NCBI GenBank assembly: GCA_001563335.1
Contig: LRSL01000079.1
Coordinates: 1-16,806 of the forward strand
Source: Candidatus Thorarchaeota archaeon SMTZ1-45
GTDB taxonomy: Archaea > Asgardarchaeota > Thorarchaeia > Thorarchaeales > Thorarchaeaceae
DNA: 16,806 bases
Direction: 5' to 3'
Numbering within the stretch: the first letter of the stretch is position 1; every line of letters starts with the position of its first letter. Positions 9,048-15,933 of this stretch are shown piece by piece. A program made the position numbers and the translations under genes. The notes below the pieces were generated by a model. It worked only from the letters and a program-made list of their open reading frames with translations. It was not told where the DNA came from and searched no databases.

Positions 9048-9158
9048 TATACCAATTTGTAGCATTCAGCCGCAATCTTAGCATAACCTGAGGTGTCTTG
9101 CAGCACACCAACACATTGAATACTATGAAACCAATGTTTTCTGAGGGGGGAATCGTGA

Positions 9159-11120
9159 ATGTTGAAGCGTGCTAAACTCCCCAGCTTATTCATTATACCT
9201 CTCTTGCTACTTTCCATTTTGACCTTCCCAGCTCACGCTATTCATCCTAAAGAAGAGTCTTCAACACTATCAGATGTTGTAACTGCTCAACTTCTTCCAG
9301 ATCCAAACCTTACTGAAACACCAAACATCACTATTATGGGAACATCAGGAGAATTCGATTACTCGTATGATGCAAAAAATACAACTGCTGAGTTAGTATG
9401 GCAACACACTGCTGGTACATCTCTTGATTGGGGTTCCAAAGGGTTTGGGTGGCCAGATTGTCTAGACCATATCCGACTTACTCAGGATGTCTTTTGGTCT
9501 GAATACAAGAAACCGGATGGATTACTTGTATCTATGGACGCCATGGTGGAAGCAACAGGTGATTTTGCTATCCAAGAAGATGGTCTGAGGATGTTTGATT
9601 GTGCAGTTTATGTAAAAACATTTGAAAACCCATCTGATTGGTATCCTATTCTCCATTTTCCGACATCCGCAAATGAGTTCACCATTGAAACTCGTGAACT
9701 ATCTGCTTCATCAATCGACTATGCCTGGGATGCGGTCCTCGAAGATTGTTTCAATGATGATGGTGAAACAATCTCCGGCTTTGAGATTGTAATTGCACTC
9801 TCACCAACCTACAGATTCGAGGATTGGGTGGACTTCGAAGCCTGGCTTCACTATAATGGTGAAGTGCGATTGACTATACAGAGTTTCAGTGTCGAAACAT
9901 TGTTAGTTGAGCCATTTGGTCAAGAAGATATTCATTCTCCAATATCTTCGATTTTAATCTCAAGAATTGAAGGGTATACATTCACAAAGGATCTTGAAGT
10001 GACAGATGATGGTTCTATCTATGGTCTTGCAACAATACAACCTCGAACTTGGCATAATCCTTCTGATACGTACGCGCAGATGCTGGTGAAACTTAATCCC
10101 GATACTAGTGAATTCGTAACAGATCTATGGTATGGAAATGGTTCTGCAGTCGCTATGGGTATTGAATCAGAAATGACTAATTTATACACAGTAGGAATTA
10201 CTCGTAACACATCGTCTTATTCCCAGCAAGCTTACTTGACAAAATGGGATTATCAAGGACAGCTAGTTTGGTCAAAATATTGGGGTGACTATTATAATGT
10301 ACTTGAACTAGATGTTAGTGTGGCTGACGATCATTCAATCTTTGTTGTTGGCATGTTCTATTTGGAGGTAGGTGAGCTGATCTATACGATGACAAGTGAG
10401 ATTCGAAAGTTTTCAGTAGATGGCACACTAATATGGAACAAGACAATAGCAGAATGGTATCTACCTTGGTGGCATGGTATTCAAATTGGCCAATCTATCT
10501 CAATTGATAATGAAACTATCTACATCATCGAACCATATCGAATAAGTGCATGGGATTTGAACGGTTTTCAGCAATGGAATAGAACAACTTCTGTTGAGTA
10601 TTTTCATGATGTCTTTATTGATGGTGCAAAAGATGTGTATACAACATCAAATAATCACACACATTTCACTGTAAGCGCTTGGAAGATACAGGAGGAAAAT
10701 ACAAGACGAATTACACTTTCTGTCATTCATGACACCAAATGGACCGAGTATTTAAGCTGCCAAGCGGCCGCGCTGACACAGAATGGGTCAATTATTACGA
10801 TGCTTGAAACATATAGGTATGAACCACTGAGATTTCTTGTACAGACTGATGATAAAAAACTAGAGTTTGTTAACCCACGAATGAATTTAGAATTTCCCAA
10901 TCAATCATTATTGCCATGCTCATTAGCAATTTCGAGTAACAATCGAATCTATGTTCTATCAAGTGTAAATAACGGAACTTGGATCAACTTGATGTTCAAT
11001 ATCTATTCAATTTCAGGGGCTAAAGATTTGGATGATGGTTTTGTTATGATATTCTTGGGTATCGGTCTTGGGACTATCAGTATAGCAATTGTGTTATGGG
11101 CTCGTGCAAGAAGACATTGA
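9159..11120 (+). CDS. Exported surface glycoprotein with C-terminal beta-propeller-like repeats and a C-terminal TM anchor
   Basis: Signal peptide ending PAHA. Propeller-blade-like motifs LTKWDYQGQLVWSKYWG, IRKFSVDGTLIWNKT and AWDLNGFQQWNRT. About 12 N-x-S/T sequons. A TM helix with an RARRH tail. G-rich SD at 9143-9150. Confidence 0.65.
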   Translation: MLKRAKLPSLFIIPLLLLSILTFPAHAIHPKEESSTLSDVVTAQLLPDPNLTETPNITIMGTSGEFDYSYDAKNTTAELVWQHTAGTSLDWGSKGFGWPDCLDHIRLTQDVFWSEYKKPDGLLVSMDAMVEATGDFAIQEDGLRMFDCAVYVKTFENPSDWYPILHFPTSANEFTIETRELSASSIDYAWDAVLEDCFNDDGETISGFEIVIALSPTYRFEDWVDFEAWLHYNGEVRLTIQSFSVETLLVEPFGQEDIHSPISSILISRIEGYTFTKDLEVTDDGSIYGLATIQPRTWHNPSDTYAQMLVKLNPDTSEFVTDLWYGNGSAVAMGIESEMTNLYTVGITRNTSSYSQQAYLTKWDYQGQLVWSKYWGDYYNVLELDVSVADDHSIFVVGMFYLEVGELIYTMTSEIRKFSVDGTLIWNKTIAEWYLPWWHGIQIGQSISIDNETIYIIEPYRISAWDLNGFQQWNRTTSVEYFHDVFIDGAKDVYTTSNNHTHFTVSAWKIQEENTRRITLSVIHDTKWTEYLSCQAAALTQNGSIITMLETYRYEPLRFLVQTDDKKLEFVNPRMNLEFPNQSLLPCSLAISSNNRIYVLSSVNNGTWINLMFNIYSISGAKDLDDGFVMIFLGIGLGTISIAIVLWARARRH

Positions 11121-11129
11121 TCTAGAGGT

Positions 11130-11903
11130 TTATGGTTCCCAGTCATACTTGATGAAGTGGTAAGGCGCATAATCTTCAGCATCGACCTCAGCAATCACCT
11201 CTCCAGGTGGCATTGTGATAATACCATTCTCCATGTACATTATCGCCAGAACTTGATCGATAGGCACTTCATGTAAGTAGTCATATTTGGATTCCCCGAA
11301 ACTCATTGAACCCTCTCCAACCTCTATCTTCTCGAAATCGGAATAGTTCTGTTGTCTGACAAGAATCGGGTTCCTTCTTGCACCCACTCCTTTCTCATCC
11401 AGTATTGACTTGATGAGGAAATCAGGACCTTGGGCTCCTTCAGTACTTTCAAGAATGCCTGTCATGGTTCCTTTTATCTCGATTATTGGAAATCCATTAC
11501 GTATGCAGAGTCCATGAACCTCATTCCCTTCTCGTGTGATTGAGATTGATTCTGCGATCTTCTTTGGATACCCATAGACCTCTCTACCACCTATCATAGC
11601 AATATCAGTAGTCACAGGCATTGCAAGACAGTAACTGCCAATTTCACCTTTGTACTGACAAGGGATGTAGACAGCTGCTTCATTGTAAGGTGGAATGAAG
11701 TTTGTTTTATGATATTCAGCAACGAATGCTTTGCACGCAAGTATGTCTGCTGGTCCTAGTGGCGGTGGTAATAATCGTTCAACTGTTTCCATTGTTGTCG
11801 TGTACATAGCATATAGCAATTTGACATCTAGTAGCTGGTAACCTTTCTCATATTGTTTGAAACGTTTGTTGATTTCCTCTTTGGACCTGACCAGTCCCAT
11901 CAT
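11130..11903 (-). CDS. adc: Acetoacetate decarboxylase-like family protein
   Basis: Schiff-base motif GREVYGYPKK, plus PYNEAAV and RLLPPPL. SD GGAGAGG directly upstream. The substrate may not be acetoacetate. Confidence 0.82.
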   Translation of the reverse strand: MMGLVRSKEEINKRFKQYEKGYQLLDVKLLYAMYTTTMETVERLLPPPLGPADILACKAFVAEYHKTNFIPPYNEAAVYIPCQYKGEIGSYCLAMPVTTDIAMIGGREVYGYPKKIAESISITREGNEVHGLCIRNGFPIIEIKGTMTGILESTEGAQGPDFLIKSILDEKGVGARRNPILVRQQNYSDFEKIEVGEGSMSFGESKYDYLHEVPIDQVLAIMYMENGIITMPPGEVIAEVDAEDYAPYHFIKYDWEP

Positions 11904-11934
11904 TTCCTCTCCTTACAACTCGTTGTTGTGTTCA

Positions 11935-11952
11935 AAGTCAGACTACTGACTT
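11935..11952. promoter_or_regulatory. Inverted repeat (7-4-7), candidate operator in the adc / Fe-S reductase divergent region
   Basis: AAGTCAG-ACTA-CTGACTT has perfect arms and overlaps a minus-strand TATA-like TTTTAAG (11950-11956). Confidence 0.5.
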
Positions 11953-12009
11953 AAAAGTGAGAATGATTTTCTTGTTTAACGAATATATGAACCGGAGACC
12001 CTTCTATCC

Positions 12010-12993
12010 ATGGGTATTAGGCACAAGATAACAGCAAACTTCGTCAAGATATTTGGTAAACCTAGAATTGAGAAACTAATCGCTAAACAGAGGTCTACTT
12101 CAGAAATTGGCGGAGTACTGCTTCCAACATCGAACTCTCCAATCAGGTTTGAGATTCCCTTCGAGATGCTGAATCTCATCCAAACTCGAGATGACATTGA
12201 GATGCGGCACATGTTCCCAGTGAGACGCCTTCTTTCGGTCATAAAAAATATCCATCTCTCAGTCGATTCAATATCTGAAAATCCTATCAATGCTTCAACA
12301 CAAACATCACCCGAATTCCAAGAAAAGCTCAGGAAATTTGCGAAGTTTCATGGTGTTAATCTCCTGGAGTTCGTCAAGCTTCCACAAGACCTTATCTTCC
12401 AGAACATGGGTGTACTCTTTGATAATGCCATTGTTTTGGCAATGGAGATGAGTAAGGAAAAGATCGACAAGGCTGCTAGTCAAGAAACAATGAACATGGT
12501 GTTTGGGACGTATGATGACCTTGGTAAAGCTGCCAATCGCATTGCTGAGTTTCTGCGAGAACATGGATACGCAGCTCAGGCGGATCATCCTCTTGGCGGT
12601 CTGGTTCTCTTCCCACCTCTTGCACAGAAAGCTGGTATCGGTTGGATTGGTAAGCACGGTCTCTTGATCACTCCTGAGTTTGGACCAAGAGTAAGACTCG
12701 CAGCGGTTTACACAAGCATTGAGAATTTGCCTTTCGTGGATTCTAATGACCATGAATGGATTGATGAATACTGCAAGACCTGTGGTGTTTGTATAAAGGA
12801 ATGTCCACCTCAGGCAATCCTCGAAGAATCTGTGGTTCATGAAACAGGACGACAATCCAACATCAAACAACGAGAATGCTTCGAATACTTCGCACAATAC
12901 TATGGTTGTTCCATTTGTGTGAAGGTTTGTCCCTTTTCAAACGCAGGGGACACATATGAGCGATTAAAAGCAGTCATAGAGAAACCAAAATGA
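12010..12993 (+). CDS. Cobalamin-dependent 2x[4Fe-4S] reductase of the reductive dehalogenase / QueG superfamily
   Basis: Corrinoid-binding region AQKAGIGWIGKHGLLITPEFGPRVRLAAVYT. Fe-S motifs CKTCGVCIKECP and C-x9-CSICVKVCP. No Tat signal. Confidence 0.85.
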   Translation: MGIRHKITANFVKIFGKPRIEKLIAKQRSTSEIGGVLLPTSNSPIRFEIPFEMLNLIQTRDDIEMRHMFPVRRLLSVIKNIHLSVDSISENPINASTQTSPEFQEKLRKFAKFHGVNLLEFVKLPQDLIFQNMGVLFDNAIVLAMEMSKEKIDKAASQETMNMVFGTYDDLGKAANRIAEFLREHGYAAQADHPLGGLVLFPPLAQKAGIGWIGKHGLLITPEFGPRVRLAAVYTSIENLPFVDSNDHEWIDEYCKTCGVCIKECPPQAILEESVVHETGRQSNIKQRECFEYFAQYYGCSICVKVCPFSNAGDTYERLKAVIEKPK

Positions 12994-12999
12994 TAGATA

Positions 13000-13962
13000 A
13001 TGCAGGACATTGTAAAACGCTCCCTTGGAAAGACTGACATTGAAGTCGCACCAATTGGTTTCGGCTCAATGGAGTTTGCTGGAGGGAAGAGTGTATTCAA
13101 GTATATGTTCACACCTGTTGAACCAGAAGTCCAAATTGAAGTCATCAAGGTTGCTCTCGATGCAGGCATGAATCTTTTTGATACAGCTGAGATTTATGGC
13201 TCTGGATATTCAGAATGCTCCGTTGCCCGTGGTCTGAAAGCTGCAGGTAAATCTCCAGGAGATGTTGTAATCACTACCAAGTGGTTTCCCCTATTTAGGA
13301 GGGCGAAGTCTATTCGAAAATCTGCCAAAAATAGTATCAGTAGACTTGATCCTTACCCTATAGATCTGTATCTTATTCACATGCCTCTTTCCGTTTCCTC
13401 GATTAAGTCACAGATGAATGAGATGGCTGACCTGGTTGACTCAGGAAGGATTCGTGCAGTTGGGGTGAGTAACTTCTCAAGCCAGCGAATGATTAAAGCT
13501 CATGAGGCTCTTGCAGAACGAGGAATCCCACTAGCAGCCAACCAGGTTCATTTCTCCCTTCTAAAACGTGGAATTGAATTTAATGGCACATTGGATACTG
13601 CAAAAGAACTCGAAGTCACAATCATGGCCTACACTCCCTTAGGTCAAGGGGTACTGACTGGTAAGCTTCATGCCAATCCCGAGCTTCTTGAAACAATGCC
13701 CAGGATGAGGAGGTCAAGACTTCGTGGAAATCTTCGTAAAAGCCAAGCGCTGGTGGATTTGCTCGAAGCAATAGGTTCAGAGCACAATGCCACAGCTGCA
13801 CAAGTTGCATTGAGTTGGACAATAAATTATCATGGTGACACAATCATCACAATTCCTGGTGCTAGCAAACCCTACCAAGTCGAGCAGAATGCGGGAGCGA
13901 TGAAGCTATCGCTATCCTCAGAGCAAATGGAAAGCATATCCGACCTTTCTCTTGAGATATGA
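13000..13962 (+). CDS. Aldo/keto reductase
   Basis: Catalytic tetrad in FDTAEIYG, TTK and YLIH. Also GRIRAVGVSNFS, AYTPLGQGVLTGK and IPGA. Starts 6 nt after the Fe-S gene stop, so probably co-transcribed. Confidence 0.93.
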   Translation: MQDIVKRSLGKTDIEVAPIGFGSMEFAGGKSVFKYMFTPVEPEVQIEVIKVALDAGMNLFDTAEIYGSGYSECSVARGLKAAGKSPGDVVITTKWFPLFRRAKSIRKSAKNSISRLDPYPIDLYLIHMPLSVSSIKSQMNEMADLVDSGRIRAVGVSNFSSQRMIKAHEALAERGIPLAANQVHFSLLKRGIEFNGTLDTAKELEVTIMAYTPLGQGVLTGKLHANPELLETMPRMRRSRLRGNLRKSQALVDLLEAIGSEHNATAAQVALSWTINYHGDTIITIPGASKPYQVEQNAGAMKLSLSSEQMESISDLSLEI

Positions 13963-14039
13963 CCAAATTGACATAGTTGTTAACGTATATCTCATAATAG
14001 ATGGAATGTAATCTGAATGTTCATTGTACTATCGAATTG

Positions 14040-14339
14040 TTACGGTGAATACAATCCCAATGATATCACAATCATGAAGTAAACAAGGCTGATGGGTTCA
14101 AAGATGATATAGAGAATGTTCAGTGGTCCCATGTAGGTCCTTGGAGTCACCTTGCCCATTGCCACACCGATACACAAAAGAAAAGCAAGTGCTGCGATTC
14201 CGAGCGCAAAGTACATCACAAGAACAAAACCCTCTTGCTGTGCATTAAGACCGATCCACACTGCGACAATGATTATGATTAAAGCAACAATCATTCCGCA
14301 GACTCGGGACATCATCGAGGGTTTCTTCTTTCGCGACAA
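14040..14339 (-). CDS. Small membrane protein (about 3 TM helices), unknown function
   Basis: Basic N-terminus (SRKKK), three hydrophobic stretches, TTG start with GAGGAGG ~12 nt upstream. Confidence 0.6.
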   Translation of the reverse strand: MSRKKKPSMMSRVCGMIVALIIIIVAVWIGLNAQQEGFVLVMYFALGIAALAFLLCIGVAMGKVTPRTYMGPLNILYIIFEPISLVYFMIVISLGLYSP

Positions 14340-14414
14340 GATAGACTCAATCCTCCTCTCAATCCCTGATGCTATTCTGACTTATGTATCCACTGACTCT
14401 TTGTTCATTTCAAA

Positions 14415-15521
14415 TTAGTTTGATTCAATGAATTTCAAGTCAATAGAAAATTCGCGAGAGAACTCAGTAAGACTCTCTACTGTCCTCTCATCAAGAGGAA
14501 TTCCCTTTTCCTCACGAAGATCTTGTTCTTCGAATTCCTTCTCCCCATGAACGAAGATTCTACCCTGTCCCTCTGCTCTCTCAGCATTTTTCAAACGAAC
14601 AATCATGTCATCCATTCTGGTTTTAAATGAATCAATATCAATGAAGTATGATGGGTCCAGTGCCATGAAGAAATGTCCGATTCTTGGATGACTCGGTTTA
14701 CCCTCTTTAAAGAATTTCAAATCCCTAAGGTAATTTCCACCTGATATTACTCCGCAGAGAATGTCCACCATTGTGGCTAGTCCATATCCCTTGTGACCGC
14801 CATGAAGCTCGCCCTCACCACCCAATGGGAATATGCCTCCTTCTCCAAGACCCCTGTAGAGATTCTTCAGGACCTGCGAAGGATTCTCTGTACTTTTACC
14901 AGTTTCATCGGTTGCCCACCCCAAGGGAATACTCTGACCTTTTCGATCATACACCTCAAGTTTGCCACTTGGAACAACACTTGTTGCAAGGTCCATCACC
15001 CAGGTTCGCTCGGTCTTTGTCGGAGCTACAAAAGCAATAGGATTTGTGCCAATCATCGCATTCCTACTGAATGTAGGAACGACCAAAGGCTCAGAGTTTG
15101 TCATCGAGATCCCAATAAGGTCGTGTTCTAGAGCCATCATTGCATAATATCCAGCAAAACCATAATGGTTAGAATCAAAGACTGTAGCAATGCCAACACC
15201 TGCCCCCAAGCATTTCTCGATGGCCACCTTCATCCCAAAGACACCAGATGGTTGTCCAAGTCCATTCATGGCATTGATGTTTGCAATCACAGGGCTGTTT
15301 CTTACCACAAGTGGTTTTGCTTGGGGAAGAATATATCCTGTTCTTATGCCCTCAACGTATCTCTTGAGTCTGCCAACTCCATGAGAATCAATCCCTCGAA
15401 GATTCGATGTCACAAGATTGTCTGCAACATAGAATGCATCCTCCTCCGAAGCTCCCATCTTCATAATTACTTGTTGAGCGAAGATACGTAGGTCCTCATG
15501 ATGGATTCGGGTTTCTGACAT
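14415..15521 (-). CDS. Ldh_2-family NAD(P)-dependent oxidoreductase (malate/L-lactate/sulfolactate/ureidoglycolate dehydrogenase family)
   Basis: Motifs GIDSHGVGRL, SNHYGFAGYY, IGTNPIAF, MDLATSVV and GGHKGYGL. Start placed at ATG 15521 (MSETRIH), which has GGAGAAG upstream, rather than 15551. Confidence 0.9.
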   Translation of the reverse strand: MSETRIHHEDLRIFAQQVIMKMGASEEDAFYVADNLVTSNLRGIDSHGVGRLKRYVEGIRTGYILPQAKPLVVRNSPVIANINAMNGLGQPSGVFGMKVAIEKCLGAGVGIATVFDSNHYGFAGYYAMMALEHDLIGISMTNSEPLVVPTFSRNAMIGTNPIAFVAPTKTERTWVMDLATSVVPSGKLEVYDRKGQSIPLGWATDETGKSTENPSQVLKNLYRGLGEGGIFPLGGEGELHGGHKGYGLATMVDILCGVISGGNYLRDLKFFKEGKPSHPRIGHFFMALDPSYFIDIDSFKTRMDDMIVRLKNAERAEGQGRIFVHGEKEFEEQDLREEKGIPLDERTVESLTEFSREFSIDLKFIESN

Positions 15522-15846
15522 AATCAACTTCTCCAGAACCATTTGAATCATCCATCGTAGATTCTCTCTCTTTCAGTGAGAGACTTGAATCCAGAATTCT
15601 CTTCCTCAGCATACTGAGATACTTGTTCTCAATCTTCTCAATGAAGGTTGATGATCTCATCTTGGTGACCCTGATTCTTGGTTGACCCTGGATGTATTCA
15701 ATGAGTCGCACCCAGGTTTCAGCAGTAGTCGGATTGAGGCCAATTCTTTGGAACTCAGACTTGGGAAATGGTTCTGGTTGTGCATCGATAAACCTGAAGA
15801 TTGATTGAGCACGTTCTGTTAGGGTTCTACGTCTTTTCCTTACCAT
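15496..15846 (-). CDS. Small winged helix-turn-helix protein, probable transcription regulator
   Basis: Pattern H1 (TERAQSIFRFIDA), H2 (KSEFQRIG), H3 (NPTTAETWVRLIEYI) and a beta wing (RIRVTKMRSSTFIEKI). Basic arm RKRRR. A TATA box 23-30 nt upstream implies a leaderless mRNA. Confidence 0.6.
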   Translation of the reverse strand: MVRKRRRTLTERAQSIFRFIDAQPEPFPKSEFQRIGLNPTTAETWVRLIEYIQGQPRIRVTKMRSSTFIEKIENKYLSMLRKRILDSSLSLKERESTMDDSNGSGEVDYVRNPNPS

Positions 15847-15864
15847 AATACAATATTGTATTAT
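15845..15864. promoter_or_regulatory. Perfect 20-bp palindrome covering the wHTH start codon and predicted TSS (candidate operator)
   Basis: ATAATACAATATTGTATTAT equals its own reverse complement. Confidence 0.65.
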
Positions 15865-15869
15865 TTAAT

Positions 15870-15890
15870 ATATAAACATATTGTTTATAT
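15870..15890. promoter_or_regulatory. 9-3-9 inverted repeat whose arms are back-to-back TATA boxes of the divergent wHTH and eutA promoters
   Basis: ATATAAACA-TAT-TGTTTATAT. The minus strand gives TTTATATA at 15876-15869 and the plus strand gives TTTATAT at 15884-15890. Confidence 0.6.
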
Positions 15891-15933
15891 GCGGATTGGA
15901 TTTGGTGAAATGCATAGTTCAGAGTGATGATGG

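Noticed and set aside
12202-12250. PVRRLL in the Fe-S reductase as a possible Tat twin-arginine signal
   Set aside because: It is ~70 residues from the N-terminus, lacks the S/T-R-R-x-F-L consensus and has no following hydrophobic h-region.
12307-12897. 196-aa antisense ORF
   Set aside because: Shadow of the well-supported Fe-S reductase, with no recognisable motifs.
12991-13002. Fe-S reductase and AKR are in the same frame, separated by TGA TAG ATA ATG; considered Sec/Pyl readthrough fusion
   Set aside because: There are two consecutive different stops, both proteins are complete on their own, the position is non-catalytic and no SECIS-like hairpin was recognised.
746-15491. Remaining short (60-112 aa) nested or antisense ORFs in the track, e.g. 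1736-1942, 4503-4736, 11976-12290, 14793-15131
   Set aside because: They lie largely or wholly within confidently assigned genes and have atypical composition and no motifs.
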